Shown here: positions 31,087-40,033 of the stretch, piece by piece
How the letters are laid out: every line of letters starts with the position of its first letter
Numbering within the stretch: position 1 is the stretch's first letter
DNA from: a virus
IMG/VR virus record: IMGVR_UViG_3300030104_003872
Location: 11,291-75,290 of that record
Reading direction: 5' to 3' (one strand)
Length of the DNA: 64,000 nt
Program-made: the position numbers and the translations under genes
Notes under the pieces: generated by a model
Database searches by the model: none
What the model was told of the DNA's origin: nothing
Seen by the model: the letters and a program-made list of their open reading frames with translations, nothing else

Positions 31087-31653
31087 ATGAGCAAATCAGC
31101 CGAAGAAGAGTTAATAGAAGAGTGGAAAGAACCAGAGCAACCAATGGATTATCTGATTCGACAACAAGAGAATGCTATCACGCAGACCAAGTATCTATTC
31201 TACAAACTCTATGATAAGAGTGACAAAGGATGGAGTGACGAGCAGAAAGAAGAGTGGGGTAATCATATCGACGAAAACGGTTTCCGCAAGTCGGAGTTAT
31301 TCCAAGAAGTACCTGCTCAACACAGATATGTGGTCGCTATACCAGAGACAGGCGAGTGGAAATCATTTAAGACTCGTTCCGAGGTAACACAAGACCGGCA
31401 AGGTGGAGCAATGTACCCCTATGCTAAGTGGTCTAAGCACGAGTCAGCCCGAATGGAGGCCTATGGTGCTATGAAACTCATGAGTTTAGCGTGTTCTAAG
31501 GTCTTACCTGAGAACTGTGATGACGAGCAAGCGTATTTACGACCTTCCGACATTGAAAGAGTTGCACTTATCCTATTAGAGATTGACGCAGAGCGAAGGG
31601 AATTATCAGAGTATTACGATGAGTTAGCCCAAGAATTAGAGGTTTCAGCATGA
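31087..31653 (+). CDS. hypothetical protein
   Basis: GGAGG RBS; ATGA overlap with the helicase gene. Confidence 0.65.
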   Translation: MSKSAEEELIEEWKEPEQPMDYLIRQQENAITQTKYLFYKLYDKSDKGWSDEQKEEWGNHIDENGFRKSELFQEVPAQHRYVVAIPETGEWKSFKTRSEVTQDRQGGAMYPYAKWSKHESARMEAYGAMKLMSLACSKVLPENCDDEQAYLRPSDIERVALILLEIDAERRELSEYYDELAQELEVSA

Positions 31654-33281
31654 GTATTGAAGAAGAGAACCTTCCAGTTAGAGTTTCAGAAAGACTCAAG
31701 GAATTGAGTGACACGAAAAGAAGTGAAATGAGCCTATATCTCTGGCAAGAAGGAGCAATACAGGCTTGGTCAGGCAACGGAGTTGCACGTGACCCTATTT
31801 CTGATAAACCTCTAGATGGTGATAAAGAGTTCTTTGGTATTGTCTCAGCCGTGACCGGTTCTGGAAAGACCTATGTTGCATCAGAGTGTGCGTGGGTCTG
31901 GTTACAGAAGAACCCAACCGGTAGAGTAACCGTATTGGTCCCGTCAAGAGCATTACAGAATAAGTGGAGAAAAGACATGGCCGGAGCGTTCCCCCACATG
32001 AGAATAGGTATGATGGGTGGTGGTAGAAGAGATTTCCGACAAATATCAATAGTGACCATGAATACGGCCGCTAAAGGTCTTCCAGAGACAGACGGTGAGC
32101 ATCTTATCATTGTAGATGAGTGCCATAATATCGGTTCAGAGTTTCGACAATATGCTATTCGTAATAATTCTCATACTGCGGTATTAGGTCTTAGTGCAAC
32201 TCCAGCGAGGGAAGATAGCGGTTTGACCGTTGTATCACACCTATGCGGTCCGGTCGTTTATCAATACAAGTATGACCAAGCACTCAACGACGATGTTATT
32301 ATCCCGTTTAGAGTTAGGGCGGTTGCAGTTCCTCTAACCCATATGGAGCGTTCAGAATATGAAGAGATTACAAATCAGATTAGGAAAATCTCTTTCATCC
32401 TCCGTAAGCGATATGGAGCAGGTACAAATTGGTTTGCACTCAAACAAGACCCATCAGACCCCGATACTGCTTTGACCACGTTCAAAGACCTATGTATGAA
32501 GCGTAAGAGACTTGTAAATGAGTGTCATCTAAGATTCGAGTGCGTTGATGATATATTGAGGTTACACGAGAACAGTAAGACCATGATATTTCACGAGCGT
32601 ATCAAACAAATAGAGTGGATGCACGATAAATACCGAGGCCTATGTCCAGAGACAATACCAAATTGCGAGGACACATGGGAAGAAGTCGCTTTGACCCCAC
32701 CGGACTGTTCCGAGTGGTTAGGCATGAATCCAGAGTTATATCACGGTGATATGACCAAAGGGGAAAATGATAGAGCGTTTGAGGCATTTGCCGAGGGCGA
32801 TGCTAGTATTCTCTTGTCATGTAAGGCTCTTCGTGAAGGAGTTGATGTACCCTCGTGCGACTTAGGTATTATGGTGAGTGGTACTAATTCCGCTCGTGCT
32901 AGAGTTCAGACACTTGGTCGTTGCTTGAGACGTGGAGAAGGTAAAACAGGAGCGATTGTATATTTACTCTATGTCCCAAATACGACTGATGCGAAAGGAC
33001 TCGCTAATCTCAAATATGGTGGAAAACTACCCGACGGTACTATCGAATGGTGGAGATACACCCCCAACAAAGGTCTAGTTAAGTATGGTGAGGAAGAGCA
33101 ACCCGAAATACCTAAGAGGAAACCAAAAGCCGAGAAGAAGAAACATATATGTGACTCGTGTCATAAGGTCTTTCATACGGAGTCAGCATCGTTGTCAGAG
33201 AACCACCATTGCTATCCTCGATTAACCAAGACAGGTCGAAAGCCTATTGACCTTTGGGGTGATATGATTGGTCGAAAGTGA
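31650..33281 (+). CDS. superfamily 2 DEAD/DEAH helicase (XPB/Rad25-like)
   Basis: TGSGKT, IVDECH, GLSATP, EGVDVP and QTLGRCLR; C-terminal C2H2-like CDSC...HH. Confidence 0.92.
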   Translation: MSIEEENLPVRVSERLKELSDTKRSEMSLYLWQEGAIQAWSGNGVARDPISDKPLDGDKEFFGIVSAVTGSGKTYVASECAWVWLQKNPTGRVTVLVPSRALQNKWRKDMAGAFPHMRIGMMGGGRRDFRQISIVTMNTAAKGLPETDGEHLIIVDECHNIGSEFRQYAIRNNSHTAVLGLSATPAREDSGLTVVSHLCGPVVYQYKYDQALNDDVIIPFRVRAVAVPLTHMERSEYEEITNQIRKISFILRKRYGAGTNWFALKQDPSDPDTALTTFKDLCMKRKRLVNECHLRFECVDDILRLHENSKTMIFHERIKQIEWMHDKYRGLCPETIPNCEDTWEEVALTPPDCSEWLGMNPELYHGDMTKGENDRAFEAFAEGDASILLSCKALREGVDVPSCDLGIMVSGTNSARARVQTLGRCLRRGEGKTGAIVYLLYVPNTTDAKGLANLKYGGKLPDGTIEWWRYTPNKGLVKYGEEEQPEIPKRKPKAEKKKHICDSCHKVFHTESASLSENHHCYPRLTKTGRKPIDLWGDMIGRK

Positions 33282-33464
33282 GAAAATACATAGATGCGAC
33301 TTAGAGATTATTGGTTTTGATTATGACCAAAAGAAATGGGAGGTCACAGAACACCTCCGATGTAAAGAGTGCGGTGCTAGAGCAACAAAGATAGTAAAAG
33401 AGGTATATGTTCTTGACTCTTACTCAAAAAATATTAAGACATAGCCGGTAGCGACGTCTACTTG

Positions 33465-33492
33465 ACTCAAGAGTCAGCAATGTTTATATCCT
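33465..33492 (+). promoter_or_regulatory. early promoter (TGACTCAAGAGTCA palindrome, TTTATATCCT)
   Basis: Palindrome core 33465-74, 8-nt spacer; drives leaderless ardC. Confidence 0.8.
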
Positions 33493-33511
33493 AGTTTGAT
33501 ATTTTGGTAGT

Positions 33512-34744
33512 ATGGCGAAAGACGGAGGCTTCGGAAGAAGCATGAGCAAGGAAAAGCGTAAAGAGTTTGAGCGTCAACTTGCTGATGAGTTCATTGAGAA
33601 AATAAAAAGTGGCGATGTCGGTGCTTGGAGTTCAGGTTGGACCAACTTAGGAGGCAATACTATGCCTCATAATACAAAAGGTCGCCCATATAGAGGTATA
33701 AACACAATAATTCTCTGGCTTAGAGGTTCAGATTATAACTCTAATACATGGGGTACTTATCACTCTTGGAAAGAGGTTGCGAGGAAACACGCAATAAAAG
33801 AGGGTAAGTTTGAGTTAAAAATCGGTAGAGATGGAAAACCATACAAGCATACGACTGAGTGGTATGGAGTAAAGCAAGGAGAAAGCGGTACAAGCATTAT
33901 TCTCTGGAAACCACTCACATACAAGAACGAGAAAACCAATAAAAAGACAGGTGAGATAGAAGAGTCTATCGGTATGACCATGTTAATGCGAGTATTTACA
34001 GTATTCAATCGTGACCAGACAGGATTACCTGAGATTATTACAGAAACAGAGTTAGAAGAAGCAGAAGAGTTCAACAGTAGAGAAAAACAATTAGAAAACT
34101 GCCTCAATTGGTACATTGAGAACCCAAATCGTAAGGTGGTCAAGACTGGTGAGATGCTAGTACATCCTCATCCGAAGGCAGGTGAGAAACATACAGGTGA
34201 AGACCCTATATGGGTCGTAAAAGATGGTGATATTATTCTCAAACACGGCGGAGATAGAGCGTTCTATACATCTAGCAGAGATAGGATAGCACTTCCTCTT
34301 CGTGAGCAATTCAAAGAAAATGCGAGATACCTATCTACTAAAGGGCATGAGATTATCCATAGTACAGGTCACCCACTTCGACTTAATCGTGCTCTTGGTA
34401 ATAGATTCGGGAGCGAAGATTATGCTAAGGAGGAATTGATTGCCGAGTTCGGTACTGCCTTTCTCATAGGCTCATTCGGCATACAGGGAGAACTTCGTAA
34501 TGTTGAGTATATCAATAATTGGGCTTCGGTCTTGAGTAAAGAACCTAGATTCCTCATTACTGCGGCTCAAAGAGCACAAAAAGCAGTTAATTATGTACTC
34601 GAACCTTGGGTAGAACACGAGGCATGGCGTGACCAAGAAATAAATGACTTAAGAGAATATCTTGAGGGCAAAGAAATACAAATTACTCCTATGGGTCTTA
34701 ACAGATTACACGGAGATTTATCAGTTATGGAGGAAGAAGAATGA
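33512..34744 (+). CDS. ardC: ArdC-like ssDNA-binding antirestriction protein with a zincin-like domain
   Basis: PYRGIN...W.TY..W, V..GE.GT, FTVFN.DQ; AFY....D.I.LP, HEIIHSTGH, YAKEELIAE, YINNW. Confidence 0.9.
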   Translation: MAKDGGFGRSMSKEKRKEFERQLADEFIEKIKSGDVGAWSSGWTNLGGNTMPHNTKGRPYRGINTIILWLRGSDYNSNTWGTYHSWKEVARKHAIKEGKFELKIGRDGKPYKHTTEWYGVKQGESGTSIILWKPLTYKNEKTNKKTGEIEESIGMTMLMRVFTVFNRDQTGLPEIITETELEEAEEFNSREKQLENCLNWYIENPNRKVVKTGEMLVHPHPKAGEKHTGEDPIWVVKDGDIILKHGGDRAFYTSSRDRIALPLREQFKENARYLSTKGHEIIHSTGHPLRLNRALGNRFGSEDYAKEELIAEFGTAFLIGSFGIQGELRNVEYINNWASVLSKEPRFLITAAQRAQKAVNYVLEPWVEHEAWRDQEINDLREYLEGKEIQITPMGLNRLHGDLSVMEEEE

Positions 34745-34814
34745 GTAAAAAGAAATTGAGTAAAGATGGGTTAGAGATATTTGAGTTCAAACTACCATCA
34801 AAGGAGGAAGAAGA

Positions 34815-34958
34815 ATGAGTTATAAGATATTGAGATTTAGATTTGAAGGAAAAACAAGAGTAATAAAAAGAGGATTGACACTCGAAGAAGCCCAAGAGCA
34901 TTGCCGTGACCCAAAAACAAGTGGAGATGGTTGGTTCGACGGTTATACGGAGGAATAA
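34815..34958 (+). CDS. small conserved-looking phage protein (not in ORF track)
   Basis: MSYKILRF...RGLTLEEAQEHCRDPKTS..GWFDGY; AGGAGG RBS. Confidence 0.6.
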   Translation: MSYKILRFRFEGKTRVIKRGLTLEEAQEHCRDPKTSGDGWFDGYTEE

Positions 34959-34960
34959 AT

Positions 34961-35116
34961 ATGGCTATGAGCAGAAAACATTATAGAGTAATAGCAGAGG
35001 CAATAAGAACAAACGACGATAAGAGGAAAATGATACTAGAACTCAGTATGTTTTTCAAGGAGGATAATCCTAATTTTAACTTGAGTAAGTTTTTGGAGGC
35101 GTGTCATTTTGAGTGA
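34961..35116 (+). CDS. small phage protein
   Basis: MSRKHYRVIA...DNPNFNLSKFLEAC; GGAGG RBS. Confidence 0.6.
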   Translation: MAMSRKHYRVIAEAIRTNDDKRKMILELSMFFKEDNPNFNLSKFLEACHFE

Positions 35117-35294
35117 ATACAAGAAGTGCAACGAGACACAACACGAATGGACTCGACAAGACATGGATGATAGCGAGTTCGATAAATTATCATTGACCTA
35201 CCATTGTTTGCATTGCGGAGCAACGTGCGAGATGGAGGGTGATGTAAGGACAGATGATGGTAGGTTCATAGAGTGGGTGCTGACCGATGAGTAA
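35109..35294 (+). CDS. small Zn-ribbon protein
   Basis: C....HEW...CLHCG; coupled overlaps. Confidence 0.5.
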   Translation: MSEYKKCNETQHEWTRQDMDDSEFDKLSLTYHCLHCGATCEMEGDVRTDDGRFIEWVLTDE

Positions 35295-35778
35295 TTGGTA
35301 CTGTGGCGACCCTTGTTATGTTATACACGACGAAAGATGGGGAGAGTTTTGTAATAAACTCTTTGCACACCCTAGTTATGAGAAAAACAACTACCCAATT
35401 GGTATAGAGTGGGAAGTCGATGGGAAAAAATACGAATTAGAGATATGGGGTTCTCCCGGAGGCGACGGGGTCTGGCGTTTTAGTGCAGGAGAACTTGGAG
35501 TTGATGCGGGATTACTTTCTATCATTCCGGTAGAGTGCCTTGACCCTCAAGAGGCACCATTCGACAGACTAGGTATTATGTTCGAGGAAAAGCCAGTACT
35601 CGATGCCGACTATAATGAGGGTAAAGTATGGTTAAATGGAGAACTAGATAATGATTGGGTCATGTGCGATTGTGGAGAAATGCAAAGGACAGAGCAGATT
35701 TGGGATTGTGAGCATTGTTTTAGTGCAGAGTGCGACAACTGTTACCCATGTTGCGACGGAAATGGTGAAGAGGAATGA
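35287..35778 (+). CDS. hypothetical protein with a C-terminal Cys cluster
   Basis: YCGDPCYV, GGDG and GVDAG motifs. Confidence 0.6.
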   Translation: MSNWYCGDPCYVIHDERWGEFCNKLFAHPSYEKNNYPIGIEWEVDGKKYELEIWGSPGGDGVWRFSAGELGVDAGLLSIIPVECLDPQEAPFDRLGIMFEEKPVLDADYNEGKVWLNGELDNDWVMCDCGEMQRTEQIWDCEHCFSAECDNCYPCCDGNGEEE

Positions 35779-35944
35779 GTAAGATGAATTGTGGATGCGA
35801 GTTTGATGAAGTAGAGTTGGATGAGCGTGTGTTAGGCGAGGCTTGTGGTTGCTCATCATGTCTGGACTGTGGACTCATCAACACACAAGACCCTAATCCT
35901 CAGAATTGGAAATGCTACCCCGACCACCCATGTTCCTGTGACTA

Positions 35945-35972
35945 ACTCAAGAGTTACAAATGTTTATGTACT
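35945..35972 (+). promoter_or_regulatory. early promoter (TAACTCAAGAGTTA palindrome, TTTATGTACT)
   Basis: Core 35945-54, 8-nt spacer. Confidence 0.75.
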
Positions 35973-36117
35973 AGTTAGCGTTAGGTGTAGATGTAGGGGG
36001 TTGTGAGGTGATTACGGTTTTTCCAGACTCGTGTCTTTCATTCAAACGAGTCATCACATTTCATTGTAATTCTCTGGCTGTTGTTGTCTCCACCTCCTGC
36101 AATCAAGGAGATTTAAT

Positions 36118-36468
36118 ATGAGAACAGATAGTTGGTCGGTACATGGAGATGAAATTGACGCAAAAGAGTATAAGAGCCTTGTTGAAGAGGCAGTTGTCAA
36201 AAACATGACCGAAAACAGAGATGTGGAATTAGAATTACTCATCCATGATGGCGAGTTTATGTCTGATGAAGAGATAATAGACAACCTTAGAGGTATGTTA
36301 GATGAGCACGTTTGGTATAGAGTTCTTTTAGACAAATATAGAGCACGCATAAGAACGGCCGAGACACTAATCAAAATGGTCCGTGACCATAATGGCTCTT
36401 TCGCGAGTGAAATTGCTATACAGACCAATGTTGACCTATTCCTAAGACACGGAGGCGAAGAAGAGTGA
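36118..36468 (+). CDS. hypothetical protein
   Basis: AAGGAG RBS after a structured leader. Confidence 0.6.
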   Translation: MRTDSWSVHGDEIDAKEYKSLVEEAVVKNMTENRDVELELLIHDGEFMSDEEIIDNLRGMLDEHVWYRVLLDKYRARIRTAETLIKMVRDHNGSFASEIAIQTNVDLFLRHGGEEE

Positions 36469-36583
36469 CGACAACATATAGACTAGAGATAATAATGGAT
36501 GCAGACGACAAAGACGACTTTATTGATGTGGTTATGAGTCTGAATAGAAGAGAGTTAAGAGAACACGTTAAGGAGATGGATTA

Positions 36584-37162
36584 ATGGCGATAGAGATACT
36601 ACAACAACCTTCTGTTGTGTGGCCGGTAGACCTTGATGCAGAGGATGATGACAGTTTCGGACGGACCTATGCAGAACAGGCTCAAGCATATTTTGAGCGT
36701 CTAAAAGAAAGCCCAGAGTACGGCGTGAGCACAGGTAAATTAGAAGCGACTTACGAAGATTGTCTCATATATGTATTGGCTAACTTCGGTCATGTCGATA
36801 TGAAGCAACTAACACCCTCGGTTGTTAGAGATGCTTATGGAGATAACTGTTGGTACATACATACTCATAAAACTCCACAAAAGACTTTGAGATTATACAT
36901 GAAAGTCGGAAATCCATTATCCGAGTTTGGGAGGCAGAATCAAGATTTGCTCCCAGATAACTACACTACTAGAAGAGTTGTATGTGAATGGTATGGTAGG
37001 GATGGAGGTATAGTTATACTCTATGGTCCAACTCCGGAAGATACAAGATTATGGTCTTTCGGGTGTAATCACTCGATGGCGACTAGGAAGCGGATAGGTA
37101 GTTGTTATAACGAGTATTCGTGCGAATGTGGAGCGAAATGGACGGTGGATTCGAGTGGTTAA
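36584..37162 (+). CDS. hypothetical protein
   Basis: AAGGAG RBS; C-terminal GC.H...C...CECG...VDS. Confidence 0.6.
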   Translation: MAIEILQQPSVVWPVDLDAEDDDSFGRTYAEQAQAYFERLKESPEYGVSTGKLEATYEDCLIYVLANFGHVDMKQLTPSVVRDAYGDNCWYIHTHKTPQKTLRLYMKVGNPLSEFGRQNQDLLPDNYTTRRVVCEWYGRDGGIVILYGPTPEDTRLWSFGCNHSMATRKRIGSCYNEYSCECGAKWTVDSSG

Positions 37163-37430
37163 ATTATTGAGATGGACAGGTAAAGTTGAGGACTTAGGTT
37201 CTGAGAAAGATATATCAATGGAGCGTTATCAGCAGTTAGTCGGTGGTTACTTCGAGTCAATAGTCCTCAAGACAGGCGAAAGAGCGTATGTCAATGAGGA
37301 TGCTTCTTACTCTAACTTACCCCTCAATCCACTATGTTTTCTCCATCATATATACACGCAAGGTAGAGATATTCACCCAAGAGGAAATGTAATAGTTTTC
37401 TCTGATAAAGAATGGAGACAAATGACATGA
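37128..37430 (+). CDS. DUF3846-like protein
   Basis: YQQLVGGYFE...YVNED...PLNP...RGNV; start may be slightly downstream. Confidence 0.6.
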   Translation: MERNGRWIRVVKLLRWTGKVEDLGSEKDISMERYQQLVGGYFESIVLKTGERAYVNEDASYSNLPLNPLCFLHHIYTQGRDIHPRGNVIVFSDKEWRQMT

Positions 37431-37663
37431 GAATTAATGAATTATACGACAAAATATATTGGAACGACAAGAATAGCATAGTAATACTCTGGCACACAGA
37501 CGACGTGAAGTCGATAAGACCGGATTTAGATGATGACCAGTGTATGAAAGTTCTCAATAAGGTTTCTCGCAACCATGACGCTCAGATTGGAGTAAATTGG
37601 GATGTTTTAGAGTTTTGGGCTGACGAGTTATATGGTGTAATGAGGTCAGAGGAAGAAGAATGA
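37412..37663 (+). CDS. hypothetical phage protein
   Basis: W...DV...RPDL.DDQC..VL...HDA..G.NW. Confidence 0.55.
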   Translation: METNDMRINELYDKIYWNDKNSIVILWHTDDVKSIRPDLDDDQCMKVLNKVSRNHDAQIGVNWDVLEFWADELYGVMRSEEEE

Positions 37664-38129
37664 TTCGACCTATGGGACCTTGGTTTAATGAGCCATGCAA
37701 AAATTGTGGCGAGAAAGCAGACAAACAGGTCATTCTAGACCAAGATATTGTCTATCTCTGCGAAAAATGTTACTCTAAAATATGAGTCTTTTTTTGTAGT
37801 TTATTTCCGGTAGAGTTAAAGAGAAAATGCTTCTGCGAGATGTAGCACTCCGACAAAACTATTATAGGGAGAAGGGACAAAAAGGACCACTTGGGGCTTT
37901 CTCACGAGTAGGTTTAACACCGAAGAAATTGACGAAGAGATTCCTGTTACTCTATGGGAATGCGTCTTTTGTGATTCTCAATTTTACATTATCACAGACT
38001 GTAGACCAGATTATTGCCCCGAATGCCTTAAAAGAGGCACATTGGTCTTTCTCGACGACATAGAAAATGATTCTTGGAGACCTAGGGACTATGAATAAGT
38101 TTATATCAAAATACGCCTAGCATCCATTA

Positions 38130-38591
38130 ATGACGTTACAGGCACGAAGAAGAGGACCACTACACGCAGTTGAAGCGTTCTCAGAAAATAAAAATACTGT
38201 TCTTGATACTAGGAAAATGGAAGCGAAGCAATTATACTTTGGTTGGTGGCAGAGATACAATAAAACTCGAATAGATGAACCATGTCTTGTTCTTTGGTCG
38301 AAACAACTTAAGAGAAATATTCTTATTAGGGGGAATAAGATGGTAGGAAAATTATTCGGACAGATATTGTATGGAGAGGACATGGATGAAGATTTTGTAT
38401 TAGAATCAATGTTAGGAGAAGATTCTTTGGAATGGTTTTTGGCTAATCTCAAAACAATGTTAGAGGATAATGAAGATACTTATGATTATGAACCAAACTT
38501 TACATTAACTGGTGGCGGTCCACATCCTACAACACCTTCCCTTTGGTTTAACGGGTACGAGTTAGCAGATATATTATCAACAGGTGAATAA
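38130..38591 (+). CDS. hypothetical protein
   Basis: ATG about 25 nt after TTTATA at 38100; ORF may hide two smaller genes. Confidence 0.4.
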   Translation: MTLQARRRGPLHAVEAFSENKNTVLDTRKMEAKQLYFGWWQRYNKTRIDEPCLVLWSKQLKRNILIRGNKMVGKLFGQILYGEDMDEDFVLESMLGEDSLEWFLANLKTMLEDNEDTYDYEPNFTLTGGGPHPTTPSLWFNGYELADILSTGE

Positions 38592-38964
38592 AATGGTAAG
38601 AGTAAAAACAAGAGAACAGATAAATGAAGATATGCCTAAGAGAAACAACGCAATTAGGGTTCAACATAGAATACACGCCCGACATTGTTGGGGTTGTGAT
38701 AGTGTGATAGCAAGAGGAAACAAAAGACAGAAAAATCACGTAGGTTTGTGTAGACCTTGTATGACAAATCCAGACATAAGGCCAAAATGCTTAGGTAAAA
38801 CGGTCAAAGGAAAACCATGCAGGGCAATGGCGACTAAACAACTTGATTATTCATACCCACAACCGGTAGGTTATTGTATAAGACATGACCCGCAAGGAGA
38901 TTGGGATTACTACAAGGATAGAATCACTAGAGGACCCAATAGTAAAGATAGAAAGAGGAATTGA
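38584..38964 (+). CDS. basic Zn-finger protein
   Basis: CWGC, CRPC and C.G.T.KG.PC...YC..H. Confidence 0.55.
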   Translation: MNKMVRVKTREQINEDMPKRNNAIRVQHRIHARHCWGCDSVIARGNKRQKNHVGLCRPCMTNPDIRPKCLGKTVKGKPCRAMATKQLDYSYPQPVGYCIRHDPQGDWDYYKDRITRGPNSKDRKRN

Positions 38965-39161
38965 AAATGAGTCAGAATACTAATTGTGTGGTTTGTGATG
39001 CAGACCTTAGCGAGTATATTGGTCATGCAAGTTATGGTGACCTGTATTTAACTTGTACTGAATGTGGTAGAGTTGTATGTACTTACCACGATGAAATAGA
39101 TTGGGAGATTGGTGCTTGTCCCAAGTGTGCGAATGGGAAAGGACGAAAAGGAAACCTTTAA
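38961..39161 (+). CDS. Cys-rich Zn-finger protein
   Basis: CVVC, CTEC, C..H, CPKC. Confidence 0.55.
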   Translation: MKMSQNTNCVVCDADLSEYIGHASYGDLYLTCTECGRVVCTYHDEIDWEIGACPKCANGKGRKGNL

Positions 39162-39185
39162 TATCTAGTTCGTGTAGGGTACTTT

Positions 39186-39683
39186 ATGAACATATTTATC
39201 CTAGATGAAGACCCAATAATGTCTGCAAAGTTTTACTGCGACAAGCACATACCTAAGATGGTTGTTGAGTTATACCAACAACTAGGTAGTGCAGTTATCC
39301 GACACGGTGCAACGCCCGACATGATGCCACTTACTAAAAAAGGTACGCCCCTACGCGGAGGTTACCACAACCACCCTTGTACCCGTTGGGTAGGAGATTC
39401 ACGGGCTAACTTTCTATGGGCTTCTTATCACGCCGCTATGCTCTGCGAAGAATATACAAAGCGATTCGACAAAACACATTTCTGCGAACATGGGATAGAA
39501 AAATTATACGAGTTACACAAACTTATTCCCGATGGCGAATTGACACCGTTTGCTCAGGCTATGCCCGATGAGTACCGTGATGAAGATGCGGTGGTAGCAT
39601 ATCGCAACTACTATATGTACGACAAGTCAAGATTTGCACAATGGAATCGTGGTCGTGACGCACCTTATTGGTGGGTAGTTTAA
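39186..39683 (+). CDS. pyrimidine-dimer DNA glycosylase / endonuclease V-like protein
   Basis: MNIFILD.DP...CDKH..KM..E..Q, HNHPCTRW, EY..R..K.H, FAQAMPDEY, AYRNYY. Confidence 0.8.
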   Translation: MNIFILDEDPIMSAKFYCDKHIPKMVVELYQQLGSAVIRHGATPDMMPLTKKGTPLRGGYHNHPCTRWVGDSRANFLWASYHAAMLCEEYTKRFDKTHFCEHGIEKLYELHKLIPDGELTPFAQAMPDEYRDEDAVVAYRNYYMYDKSRFAQWNRGRDAPYWWVV

Positions 39684-39900
39684 TTCTTTTTATTCTTTCA
39701 ATCCCCTACTGAAATAATAACAAGGGCGTAGTACAACGGTTTTAGGTATATATTTTATTTCGTGTAGGGTGTAGATATATACTACTAAGGCCAGTAGTTA
39801 TCATATACCTACATAGGGAAATAAAAGAATTAGTACAACAGGGGCGTAGTATAGCGTTTTATTCTTTTTGTAGGCTACAGAAATAATAAAAAGAATTAAT
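39680..39900. repeat. AT-rich intergenic region with nested inverted and direct repeats (putative replication origin)
   Basis: 15-bp inverted repeat TTAATTCTTTTTATT 39680 / AATAAAAAGAATTAA 39885; GGGCGTAGTA at 39724 and 39842; two CTACnGAAATAATAA; directly upstream of the MCM-like gene. Confidence 0.6.
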
Positions 39901-40033
39901 TCCATGCAAAGGTTTAATACTAAATGGGTTATGTCAAGGCTATAAGCCGAACAATGCGATAAGAGCAATAACAATTAAAGAGATTAATAAGGATGAAAAA
40001 TAAAATATGTGAGGCTTACCAAAAGGTGAGCAA

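Noticed and set aside
37868-38098. CxxC-CxxC reading frame preceded by an in-frame TAG (possible stop recoding)
   Set aside because: TAG is used as a normal stop by many genes here; an unusual start codon or a decayed gene is simpler, and it cannot be resolved by eye
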